Part shown: in pieces, positions 35,420 to 44,546 of the stretch
Layout of the letters: every line of letters begins with the position of its first letter
Numbering within the stretch: position 1 is the first letter of the stretch
From: a phage
Strand: one strand, 5' to 3'
Length of the DNA stretch: 64,000 nucleotides
Sequence record: PZ452609.1
Made by a program: the position numbers and the translations under genes
Notes under the pieces: model-generated
Database searches by the model: none
Told to the model about the DNA's origin: nothing
The model's input: the letters and a program-made list of their open reading frames with translations, nothing else

Positions 35420-37397
35420 AGGTCGTAAATTGAAAGAGGCTGGTCAGTTTGTTGGTCATTGCGCATGTCCACGTTGTGGTTCATCAGATGCTGGTTCAAT
35501 CTATCATCATGACGATGATTCTTATTCAATGACTTGCTTTAGTTGTAACAAAGGTTTCCCAGAGTGGGATTTTGATAAAGGACAAATCGTGAGCACTTAT
35601 TCTACTGGTTCAGACAATAAAAACCGTACTTTCCGTGGAATGGATTTAGACGATGTAAAAGAAAACCTAGAAGCAATGGACTTGAAAGATAGGAAGATTC
35701 CTGCAAAAGTCCTTGAACGCTTAGGTATCAAGGTTGACATTGACAGTGACGGTGAAATTGATGCGCACTTCTATCCAACTTACAAACGTAATGAAGATGG
35801 TAAGCTAGAACATGTTGGCTACCGTGTTCGTCACCGTTACCCAGAAGACCATCCAAAAGAGCACCTACGTGGTAAGCTAAAAGACTTTTCAGGTGGTGTT
35901 GGAGACATTAAAGGTGAACTGGCAATGTTCGGTTCATGGATTGCTCCAGAAGGTGGTAACCGTCTATTCATCTGGGAAGGTGAGATGGAATGTGCGACAG
36001 CAATCTATATGACCTCTCTTGCGATTAAAGACAAGTCTCGTCGTAAGAATTACTGTCATGTATCTGTTCCGTCAGGTGCAAACATTAAGTCTATCAAAGA
36101 TAACTATCAGTACATCACATCATTTGATGAAATTTACTTGTGCTTTGATAACGATGAAGCAGGTGCTAAAGCTACCAAAGAGGCTGCTGGTATCTTACCT
36201 ATTGAGAAGGTTCGTTTATTCCAGTATCCAGAGGGTGTAAAAGACCTTAACGAATGGTGGACAAAGTTCTATAAAGAGAAAGACACAGTTCTGGAAGGAT
36301 TTAAGCAGCGTATCTACAACGCACCTCGTTACTGTCCTGCTGGTATCAAGAACTTTGCAGATGGTTTTGAGGCAATGAAGAATCGTGGTCAGATTCCATT
36401 GATTCCTTTCCCAGAATCTTTCGGGGATTTGAACAGACTGACTTACGGTGGTTATGGTTTGGGTGAGATTACAACTATTGCAGCACCATCTTCAGTAGGT
36501 AAGTCAGCTTACACTCGTGAGATGATTTATTCAGCTTGGAAAGAAACTGATTACAATATCGGTGTAATTCCGGTTGAAGATACCTATGAAGAGTTGATGG
36601 AGATGCTCTGTGCAATCCACCTGAGCAAGCAGATTTCTGAGATTCCTTATGACGAACGTGATTGGGATGAATTGAAGGAGGCACACGCAGAACTGTCTAA
36701 AGGTCGTCGTATCCACATCGTTGACCATCAAGGGGCAATTGACCAAGATAACTTGCTGGAATTTGTTGATTATCTGGTTAACAGTTTAGACTGCAAGATT
36801 ATTATTCTTGACCCTATTACGTTGGCTCTGTCACGTTCAGATACGGATGAAGAGGAAGTTTTATCTGAGCTATTGCGTCGTTGCAAACGCTACCAGTATG
36901 CACAAGTGAACGTCTGTCACGTTCGTAAGAGTGCAGGTGGTCAGAAGGCTAACTCTGAAGGTGGGGATATCTCTGAAGAGGATATTAAAGGCTCTGGTGC
37001 GTATTTCCAGATTTCTATGAACAACATTCTGTTAATGCGTAACAAGGTTGACCCAGACCCTGTTAAGAAAAACTTGACAAAAATCAAGCTAACTAAATGT
37101 CGTCGTCATGGTAAGTCAACGGGTATTGCTGGTCATACTTGGTACAATCCAGATACAGGACGCCTCATCAAAGCATCTGGTTGCGGAGTTGACATTGATG
37201 GTGCAGCAGAAAATATTCGCCAACAGTTTGGTATTGGTGAAGCTGAAGACCATTATGATGACTCTTTGCCTCATTATGAGGATGAAGTGTTTGACCGTGA
37301 GACTGGTGAAGTCTATACTGAAGAGCAGCGTCAAAGCTCAACGATTCCACCTGTATTAAGTGAGGATGCAGATGACTGCCCATTCGAAACTGAGTGA
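35412..37397 (+). CDS. DNA primase-helicase (T7 gp4-like)
   Basis: N-terminal Zn ribbon CPRCGSSD...CFSC, TOPRIM LCFDNDEAG, helicase Walker A APSSVGKSAYT. Confidence 0.85.
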   Translation: MSKGRKLKEAGQFVGHCACPRCGSSDAGSIYHHDDDSYSMTCFSCNKGFPEWDFDKGQIVSTYSTGSDNKNRTFRGMDLDDVKENLEAMDLKDRKIPAKVLERLGIKVDIDSDGEIDAHFYPTYKRNEDGKLEHVGYRVRHRYPEDHPKEHLRGKLKDFSGGVGDIKGELAMFGSWIAPEGGNRLFIWEGEMECATAIYMTSLAIKDKSRRKNYCHVSVPSGANIKSIKDNYQYITSFDEIYLCFDNDEAGAKATKEAAGILPIEKVRLFQYPEGVKDLNEWWTKFYKEKDTVLEGFKQRIYNAPRYCPAGIKNFADGFEAMKNRGQIPLIPFPESFGDLNRLTYGGYGLGEITTIAAPSSVGKSAYTREMIYSAWKETDYNIGVIPVEDTYEELMEMLCAIHLSKQISEIPYDERDWDELKEAHAELSKGRRIHIVDHQGAIDQDNLLEFVDYLVNSLDCKIIILDPITLALSRSDTDEEEVLSELLRRCKRYQYAQVNVCHVRKSAGGQKANSEGGDISEEDIKGSGAYFQISMNNILLMRNKVDPDPVKKNLTKIKLTKCRRHGKSTGIAGHTWYNPDTGRLIKASGCGVDIDGAAENIRQQFGIGEAEDHYDDSLPHYEDEVFDRETGEVYTEEQRQSSTIPPVLSEDADDCPFETE

Positions 37398-37467
37398 TAG
37401 TTATAAAAGAGAGGGGTTCACACCCTTCTTTGAAGAAAAAAGTTTAAATAAATTTCAGGAAGAGTGT

Positions 37468-37496
37468 TTGACAAAGGTTGATAGGTTCTATAGAAT
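37468..37496 (+). promoter_or_regulatory. sigma70-like promoter TTGACA-N17-TAGAAT
   Basis: -35 37468-73, -10 37491-96; ATG 37504 lies ~8 nt downstream (possible leaderless small ORF). Confidence 0.45.
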
Positions 37497-37649
37497 GCTC
37501 TACATGAAATGTGATGGAGGTGTTGAGGTAGAAGAAAAGTTCCACCACAGTATTATCACAGTCACTATTACTATACCTCAGCATAATATTGGTTGGCTGT
37601 TTATAATGAAAGAAAATGTGTTTGAATATCAAGTATATCGGAGAATATC

Positions 37650-37799
37650 ATGAAACACTCTAAAGCATTTGAAAAAGTTTTTGGGGATTCCTTAAAAGCC
37701 ACTGCTGGAAAACCAGCAAAGTACTATGAAGAGAAGCGTGTAAGAACTGGAAAAACTGCACGTAAAGCAGCTTCTAAAGATAAGCACAACTTCCAGTAA
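37650..37799 (+). CDS. small basic protein (49 aa, not in ORF track)
   Basis: MKHSKAFEKVFGDSLKATAGKPAKYYEEKRVRTGKTARKAASKDKHNFQ; RBS ggag; start overlaps upstream stop as ATGA. Confidence 0.3.
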   Translation: MKHSKAFEKVFGDSLKATAGKPAKYYEEKRVRTGKTARKAASKDKHNFQ

Positions 37800-37806
37800 T
37801 TAATCT

Positions 37807-37835
37807 TTGACAATAGAGTATCAACAAATTAGAAT
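37807..37835 (+). promoter_or_regulatory. sigma70-like promoter TTGACA-N17-TAGAAT upstream of SSB gene
   Basis: -35 37807-12, -10 37830-35. Confidence 0.5.
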
Positions 37836-37871
37836 TGGTACTCTTCATAAATTGAGATAGAGGTTTAAATA

Positions 37872-38729
37872 ATGTCTAAAGTTGTTAAAATGAAAGCTCC
37901 GGTAGAGAAGTACAACGGTACTGAACGTCAAACTCTGCGTTACCTGCTGAAAGATGTATGGTTTTATTACCTGAATACTTCACCACGTCCGGGAAAAGGT
38001 AAGTCTATTGATAAGAAATTCCCAGGCAAAGACTGTAACTACAGCGTTTCAATTCTGGCAGAAGATGGTAACAAGCTGTTTAAAGAGTTTACTAAGTCTA
38101 AGAAAAACCCAGAAGGTTGGGATAAAGTTACTACTGAAGCAGTTGATGCAGATGACTTCGAAGAGAAGTTTGGTTGCAAACCACCATTTGAAGCAGACAC
38201 TTACTACATCTTGAAAGTAAGTCGTGCAGCAGCTTATAAAGATGGTGCTGTATGGACAGCTAAACAGTCATTCCCTGTAATGCTGATTGAAGAAGTAAAT
38301 GGTAAGCGTGTAGCTGTTAAGCAGCCGATGAAGAAAATCAAAGCTCAAGCATCTGACAAACATGAAGATGATAAGAACTATGATGTAATTCATCCAGATA
38401 TTGCAGTTGGTAACGGTTCTTTTGGTAGCGTGATTCTTTCTACTCACTTCTACACTTTTGAGAACAATGTTCTGACAAAACCTATTCAGGAACAGTTTAT
38501 CATTGATACTCTTGTACCTTACACTGGTGGTAACGGTGCTAACGGTGAACCTGAACTGGATGAAGACGAACTGGCTATGCTTGGTCTTGATGGTGTCGAA
38601 GATAACGGTGAAATCACTGAAGAAGACGCAACAGACCATAAATCTTCGAATGATTCTGATGATGGCGATGACGAAGATTTGCCAGACCCAGATGACGAAG
38701 AAGATGAAGACTTCGATACAGAAGACTAA
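37872..38729 (+). CDS. single-stranded DNA-binding protein (putative) with acidic C-terminal tail
   Basis: 285 aa, C-terminus DSDDGDDEDLPDPDDEEDEDFDTED typical of phage SSB tails; own promoter and terminator. Confidence 0.5.
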   Translation: MSKVVKMKAPVEKYNGTERQTLRYLLKDVWFYYLNTSPRPGKGKSIDKKFPGKDCNYSVSILAEDGNKLFKEFTKSKKNPEGWDKVTTEAVDADDFEEKFGCKPPFEADTYYILKVSRAAAYKDGAVWTAKQSFPVMLIEEVNGKRVAVKQPMKKIKAQASDKHEDDKNYDVIHPDIAVGNGSFGSVILSTHFYTFENNVLTKPIQEQFIIDTLVPYTGGNGANGEPELDEDELAMLGLDGVEDNGEITEEDATDHKSSNDSDDGDDEDLPDPDDEEDEDFDTED

Positions 38730-38746
38730 TCTCTAAAAGTTACTTT

Positions 38747-38775
38747 AAAGCCCTGTACTTAGTATGGGGCTTTTT
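38747..38775 (+). terminator. intrinsic terminator-like hairpin
   Basis: aaagccc-N13-gggcttt then TT. Confidence 0.4.
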
Positions 38776-38791
38776 CATATGGAGAGCCATA

Positions 38792-39832
38792 ATGGAGAAG
38801 TACACATTAACAAAGCTTCCCGATTCAGTTACACATGTCTTTATTGACTCTGACAGTATTGCCTATAAAGGTGCTTGTGTAGTTGAGAAAGCAAAGTATA
38901 AATACGTTAATAAACTCACAGCAGAAGAGTCTGAACCATTTGATAATGCGAAAGATGCTGCAAGATGGTTAGCAGACCAGAGAATCCTTGTGGAAGAGCT
39001 TGGCCTGACATTTGAGGAAGATGAATGGGAAAGACAAACTTGGAAAGAAGCTAAGAGTGAAAAAGAAGCTATCATGGCTACTCAACAGGTGCTTCAGGAA
39101 TGGCTTAAGATTGTTGGTAAAGAAAGAACTTGGGTAGGTTATTTAACAGAGAAGGGTGTGCATAAACATAAAGACATTAAAGGTCTTGAGCACCAATATC
39201 AAGGTAATCGTAAAGATGCTGTCACACCAACACACTTAGTCGCTTGTCGTGAATACCTTTTATCCAGACCAGAGTTCAAGCTCTTAAAGGGGGGCTTCGA
39301 AGCCGATTCAATCGTAATTGCTAAAGCTGAAAAGATGGGTAAGAAGGCTGCTCTTATGAGTATTGACAAAGACCTTCGACAAGCTGAAGGAACTTATTGT
39401 ATTGATATGACTTATGAAAAATCACCACTAATCTTTATTGCTGATAATAATGTTGGTGATATCTGGGATTGTCCTATCAAATCAAAACCAAAAGCTGCAA
39501 AAACAGTTGGTGTAGGTTTTAAATTCTTGTGCTATCAGGCTGTTGCTGGAGATAATGCAGACAACTACTTCGGACTTAAAGGTGCTGGTAAAGTGGCTGT
39601 GATGAATGCTTTAGATGGTAAAGAGACCTACAAAGAGTGTCTTGATGCTATCTATGAACTCTATGCTAAAAAAGACTCTTACACCTATGTATCATGGGAT
39701 GGACAGACAGTTACAAAGACACCGTTAGAGCTAATGGAACAGCATTTCTGGATAGCTTATCAAGAAAGAAATCCAAAAGATAATTTCTCTTTTAAGAAAT
39801 ATAATTGGGAGCCGTGTATGAATGAAGATTAA
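38792..39832 (+). CDS. 5'-3' exonuclease / flap endonuclease (FEN/RNase H-like, putative)
   Basis: N-terminal VFIDSDSIAYKGA resembles the hh-D-G/S-x-x-h-A-Y-R motif of 5' nuclease domains. Confidence 0.45.
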   Translation: MEKYTLTKLPDSVTHVFIDSDSIAYKGACVVEKAKYKYVNKLTAEESEPFDNAKDAARWLADQRILVEELGLTFEEDEWERQTWKEAKSEKEAIMATQQVLQEWLKIVGKERTWVGYLTEKGVHKHKDIKGLEHQYQGNRKDAVTPTHLVACREYLLSRPEFKLLKGGFEADSIVIAKAEKMGKKAALMSIDKDLRQAEGTYCIDMTYEKSPLIFIADNNVGDIWDCPIKSKPKAAKTVGVGFKFLCYQAVAGDNADNYFGLKGAGKVAVMNALDGKETYKECLDAIYELYAKKDSYTYVSWDGQTVTKTPLELMEQHFWIAYQERNPKDNFSFKKYNWEPCMNED

Positions 39833-40319
39833 AGGATTTGGCAATTGCCCCACCTATGGTCATTGGGTGTCTTTATGTGGGGAAGTTGACCCCACTAAAC
39901 ATTTTGGTTTTGTCTATTTAGTACACTGTAAGAAAACCGGACAATATTATATCGGAAAGAAACAGCTTAATAGTGTGACTAAAAGAAAAGTTGCTGGCAA
40001 GACTCGGAAGAAGGTAGTCACTAAGGAGAGTGATTGGATGACTTATGAAACTTCTTCTGAGTATATTAAAAAAGATATTGAGAGCTTTGGAAAAGAATTT
40101 TTTGACTTTTACATTATTCAGACCTACTACACAAAAGGTGGCCTAGTCTATGGTGAAGCAAATCTTCAACATAAATTCGATGTAATGACAAAAAGGATTG
40201 ACTCTAAGCTCAGACTCTTCTACAATGCCAATATTGCAGCAATTAAGTTTATTACTAAAGAAACTTATGAAGATGCTGAAAAAAGAATCCATAAGGTAAT
40301 GAAAGCAAACTGTGCTTGA
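39822..40319 (+). CDS. GIY-YIG domain endonuclease-like protein
   Basis: FGFVYLVHCKKTGQYYIGKK matches GIY-(x10)-YIG spacing. Confidence 0.4.
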   Translation: MKIKGFGNCPTYGHWVSLCGEVDPTKHFGFVYLVHCKKTGQYYIGKKQLNSVTKRKVAGKTRKKVVTKESDWMTYETSSEYIKKDIESFGKEFFDFYIIQTYYTKGGLVYGEANLQHKFDVMTKRIDSKLRLFYNANIAAIKFITKETYEDAEKRIHKVMKANCA

Positions 40320-40325
40320 TAACTA

Positions 40326-40589
40326 TTGAGAGAGAATAAAATGTTTAATAAAAGCAAAGCTGTGAGTCATGTAGCAAAAGTTGACAGTAAGATTGAAGAA
40401 CTTGAGCGCATTCTTGCAAATGCTAGAGAGTCGATAATTAAAGAAGTTGAAGCTGTTGAATCTCAAATGCAGCACCTAATGCTTAAACGCCAAGAGCTAC
40501 GTGAACATCTGGAATATATTGAAACACGAGAGCTAAAGGTTAACAGATATTTTAAGGAGTCCAAATGTTTAACTCAAGAGAATCAGTAA
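40326..40589 (+). CDS. hypothetical coiled-coil protein
   Basis: 87 aa. Confidence 0.3.
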   Translation: MRENKMFNKSKAVSHVAKVDSKIEELERILANARESIIKEVEAVESQMQHLMLKRQELREHLEYIETRELKVNRYFKESKCLTQENQ

Positions 40590-41320
40590 AAAACTGGAAT
40601 CTTCGTTGCGGAAAAACTCAAAAACAACCATACAGTAATGAGTATTGGGAGTCTTTGAAATCTCAATCTCTGTGTATGCTTGAAGAAGCAAAAGAGCTTG
40701 TAAAAGCGATTGAAGAGAAAGACCCCATTGAGACACTGGATGCTCAGGCAGATTTGCAATATGTTCTTGACGGTTTGATTTACCTGTCACAACATGACCA
40801 TAACGGTGCTATGAAAGCTGTTTGCCATAATAATGACCTGAAATACACAGACGATTATGAAGAAGCTTTAAAACGTCTTGCAGATATTGAGAAGCGTACT
40901 GGTCAAGATTGTATTGTCAGAATGTCAGTAGTTGATGGTAAAGAGTGGTACGCAATTGTTCGTGTAGCCGATGGGAAGATTATGAAGCAATCGAATCTCC
41001 CAAAAGTACAGCTTGGTGAATACATTGTAGAACTTGAAAGCCAAGAACTTTTTGTGGTAGTATCTGAGACATGCGTTATCTGCAAAGGTATTGTAGGTAG
41101 CTTAAAGGATTTGGGTGTAGATGGTTTTGTAGAAGTTAATCCAATTACCTCTAAAGCAGATAAAGATTTCTGTAAAGAGAACGGACTATGGATTGCAGAT
41201 ATTGTCTACTATGATGGTGAGCAGTTCCATGTAACCTCATACCCGAAACTGAATTATGATGCTAATAACCTGAAGTGCTGGTTAAAAGGGGTTGGTTATA
41301 ATGGATTCACAGAACATTAA
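40565..41320 (+). CDS. MazG-like nucleotide pyrophosphohydrolase domain protein (putative)
   Basis: EEAKELVKAIEE...DAQADLQYVLDGLIYL resembles the EExxE...ExxD pattern of all-alpha NTP pyrophosphatases. Confidence 0.4.
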   Translation: MFNSRESVKNWNLRCGKTQKQPYSNEYWESLKSQSLCMLEEAKELVKAIEEKDPIETLDAQADLQYVLDGLIYLSQHDHNGAMKAVCHNNDLKYTDDYEEALKRLADIEKRTGQDCIVRMSVVDGKEWYAIVRVADGKIMKQSNLPKVQLGEYIVELESQELFVVVSETCVICKGIVGSLKDLGVDGFVEVNPITSKADKDFCKENGLWIADIVYYDGEQFHVTSYPKLNYDANNLKCWLKGVGYNGFTEH

Positions 41321-41624
41321 TAAAGAAGGTGTGGCTCAGAAGAGCCACTTCTCAAACTACAATATTTCTATGACGGTGTTTATGAATGACCCGTTACTAG
41401 AAAAATATGGTGAGACTCCAGATACACTTCTGGACAATGAACAAGTTTTAAAAGCAGTCCTGTACAAATACGGGATTGATATTGAGAAAGAATATTCTTT
41501 TGAAATCTGCCAACACAGGAATACTTTTGGTAAAGTTGTAATGGCTCCACTATTCATGGGTGTAGAAAGAACTGACTATGGTTGGTTATATCTAAAAAGA
41601 AACTTGGAGAAATACCGTGTCTAA
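41292..41624 (+). CDS. hypothetical protein
   Basis: 110 aa. Confidence 0.35.
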   Translation: MVIMDSQNINKEGVAQKSHFSNYNISMTVFMNDPLLEKYGETPDTLLDNEQVLKAVLYKYGIDIEKEYSFEICQHRNTFGKVVMAPLFMGVERTDYGWLYLKRNLEKYRV

Positions 41625-41952
41625 AGCAAAAAAGCTATCTTATGATGACATTATCTCAGGTGCTAAATTAGGTGTTGATAGTATCGGACAAGATGTTAAG
41701 CACGGTGACACAGTTATGTACTGTGACGACCGAAGAGGCAGAAGCGCAATCTTGTTTGGAAGAATTGTTTGCAAAATGCGAGGCAATTACGTTGTTGCAG
41801 ACATGGATGTGAATGTCACACAAAAACTTGAAACAATTATGGATGATAGTACACCATCATGGTTCCTGAATTGTATGCACACCTCTTCAGTCACAAAGGT
41901 AAGTGATAAGTTTTACGATATGTGGCAGAATGAGCAAATTTTCAAGATTTAA
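41617..41952 (+). CDS. hypothetical protein
   Basis: 111 aa. Confidence 0.35.
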   Translation: MSKAKKLSYDDIISGAKLGVDSIGQDVKHGDTVMYCDDRRGRSAILFGRIVCKMRGNYVVADMDVNVTQKLETIMDDSTPSWFLNCMHTSSVTKVSDKFYDMWQNEQIFKI

Positions 41953-41958
41953 ACTAGG

Positions 41959-41980
41959 GAGCCTCTTCGGAGGCTCTTTT
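41959..41980 (+). terminator. intrinsic terminator (gagcctc-UUCG-gaggctc + TTTT)
   Basis: perfect stem with UUCG tetraloop and T-run. Confidence 0.65.
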
Positions 41981-41998
41981 CATCTGTAGGATTTAAAA

Positions 41999-44233
41999 AT
42001 GATTAAGACAATTAAAAAATCAAACGGCACAGTAGTAAGCTTTGACCCAGAAAGACTGAATAAGTGGGCATCATGGGCAGACAAGCGTGGAATTATCTGG
42101 TCAGAAGTCACTATGGAAGCTATGAAACGTGTCTATGAAGGTTGCACCACAAAAGAGATGCACCAAGCCATGATTGATGTTTGTGTTGATAAACAAACTC
42201 AAGAGTACTCAGATATGGCTGGACGGCTACTTCTGGGTATTATCTACAAAGAAGCCTTTGGAGGCTTTACTAAGGTTCCTACGCTGATTACCTTCGTTAA
42301 AAATATGGAGAGAGCAGGACTTTGGGAGAAGATGGATTATTCACAGGAAGAGCTTGAATATCTGCAAGGTTACATCGTACACTCAAAAGATATCTCTTAC
42401 GGCTATGCAGTATTGAAACAGTTCAGAGACAAGTATGGTATCCGTGATATTAAAACTGGAAGACTTTTTGAGTCACCACAATTTATGTTTATGGGCATGG
42501 CTATGAAAGCCTTTGAGAAGCAACCAAAGCACCGTAGACTACAAGATGTTATCAAGCTGTACACTTACCTATCTGACCTGAAGATTAACGCTCCTACGCC
42601 TTATTTAAACGGTTTAAGAGCAACTAAATCAGGCTATGCGTCATGCTGTTTGATTAAGGCAAATGATACTGCTGAATCACTTGGTATTGCTGCAAAGGTT
42701 GCTTATGATATGACTACAAAGCAAGCTGGTATTGGTATGCTGATGGAGACTCGCACTATTGGTGATGGTATCCGTCAAAATACGATTGAGCACATGGGTA
42801 AGCTACCTTATTACAAGCTTGTACGTTCATCTGTAGAGGCAAACAAACAGAAGAGTCGTGGTGGTTCAGCTAATAACTTCTACACTGCTCTAGACCCGCA
42901 GATTGAAGATTTACTGCGTTTGAAGCACCCTACAACGGTTCCTTCTAAACGTATTAATGAGATGGACTACTCATTCGGTACAAACGATTATTTCTGGCAG
43001 TGTGTTCAGTATGATACAGATTGGTTGCTATTCTCTTACAAAGATGCACCAAAACTCTATGACATGTTCTACACAGCATCTGCTGATGAGTTTGCTATGG
43101 CAGTTGGTCATGCAGTACATTCAGGTGTTAAACACAGACGAGTCAAGGCTCGTGAAATTGCTAAGCTGTTTATTCAACAGCGTTATGCTACAGGTCGTGT
43201 GTATCCATTCTTCACTAACAATGCAAACACACATACACCATTTAAAGAACCATTGAAGATGTCAAATCTTTGTATGGAAATTGTATTGCCAGTGTATGGT
43301 TTTGAGAAAGAGACAGACCTTTACAGAGACGATGCTGTGAAAGAGGATGGTGAGGTAGCTCTTTGCTTCCTAGCTAGTTTGGTTGCAGGGAGAATTTCAG
43401 AAGATGAATACGCTGACGTTGCTTATTATGCTCTTGCAATGGTTGACTCCGTTATTGACCTTATGGATTATCCGTATCCGTCGATGCGTAACCATGTTCA
43501 GAAGCGTCGTTCTGTTGGGATTGGCCTTACAAATGTGGCTCATTACCTTGCGAAGAACTACGTGAACTATTCTTCAAGAGCAGGTAAGACGAAGCTTCAT
43601 GAGCTTGCTGAAATGCACTCTTACTACTTACACGAAGCTTCTTTGAGACTTGCTAAAGAACGTGGTGTACCTGAGTATATGAAGTTCACTAAGTATCCTG
43701 AAGGGTGGGTTCCTCCAAAGACAGCTAACAAGAAGATTGATGAAAAGCATGATGCGAAACTACGATATGATTGGGATGACTTAGCACAACGTATCAAAGA
43801 GAATGGTGGAATCCGAAACTCTGTATTAGAAGCTTACATGCCTAATGAGAGTTCTTCACTAGCAACTAATACGACAAATGGCTTGTACCCAATTCGTGAC
43901 TTTATTTTAACTAAAAAGTCTGCAACTGGTAACGTACTGTTTATTGTTCCAGATTATGAAGAGTTGAAGTATGTCTATGAAATTGCTTGGGATATTGACA
44001 CCTTTGATATGATTGATTGTTATGCAATTGTTCAAAAGTTCACTGGTCAAGCTATCTCTTCAGACTTCTATGTTGACTATGCAAAGTCTAAGAAGGTATC
44101 ATTGGCTCAAGCTCTGAAGTACATGATTTATGCCAACTCGGTAGGTATGAAAACCATGTACTACCTTAACAGTCGCATTGGTGTAGGTAAATCTGCACTG
44201 CAAGATGCTTATTGCGAGGGCTGCGGTGTTTAG
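41999..44233 (+). CDS. nrdA: ribonucleotide reductase class Ia large subunit
   Basis: 744 aa; N-terminal ATP-cone-like region; followed by nrdB and glutaredoxin-like gene. Confidence 0.85.
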   Translation: MIKTIKKSNGTVVSFDPERLNKWASWADKRGIIWSEVTMEAMKRVYEGCTTKEMHQAMIDVCVDKQTQEYSDMAGRLLLGIIYKEAFGGFTKVPTLITFVKNMERAGLWEKMDYSQEELEYLQGYIVHSKDISYGYAVLKQFRDKYGIRDIKTGRLFESPQFMFMGMAMKAFEKQPKHRRLQDVIKLYTYLSDLKINAPTPYLNGLRATKSGYASCCLIKANDTAESLGIAAKVAYDMTTKQAGIGMLMETRTIGDGIRQNTIEHMGKLPYYKLVRSSVEANKQKSRGGSANNFYTALDPQIEDLLRLKHPTTVPSKRINEMDYSFGTNDYFWQCVQYDTDWLLFSYKDAPKLYDMFYTASADEFAMAVGHAVHSGVKHRRVKAREIAKLFIQQRYATGRVYPFFTNNANTHTPFKEPLKMSNLCMEIVLPVYGFEKETDLYRDDAVKEDGEVALCFLASLVAGRISEDEYADVAYYALAMVDSVIDLMDYPYPSMRNHVQKRRSVGIGLTNVAHYLAKNYVNYSSRAGKTKLHELAEMHSYYLHEASLRLAKERGVPEYMKFTKYPEGWVPPKTANKKIDEKHDAKLRYDWDDLAQRIKENGGIRNSVLEAYMPNESSSLATNTTNGLYPIRDFILTKKSATGNVLFIVPDYEELKYVYEIAWDIDTFDMIDCYAIVQKFTGQAISSDFYVDYAKSKKVSLAQALKYMIYANSVGMKTMYYLNSRIGVGKSALQDAYCEGCGV

Positions 44234-44287
44234 TTTTAACAACTATGAGGGTCGTAAAAGACCCTCTAAAAATAACTTTGGAGAGAG

Positions 44288-44546
44288 TATGAAGGACTTA
44301 ATAGCAAATCATGAGTGGCCAATTTATCTGCTCTACAAACCTCGGAAAACGTTGTACTATGTAAGTAGCACAGATATGATGATAAAACAAAATGATGACT
44401 CATGGGTTGATGGTGTGTCATACATCTCTACAGCAGATGGTAAAATCTATGCAAGACCATATGAAATGTTCAATGAAGAAAATTGGGAAGTTCTAGACCG
44501 AAAACAAGCCTTAGAAATGATAAAGAAAGGAGAAATCACACTATGA
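44288..44546 (+). CDS. hypothetical protein between nrdA and nrdB
   Basis: RBS ggagagag before ATG 44288; stop overlaps nrdB start as ATGA. Confidence 0.35.
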
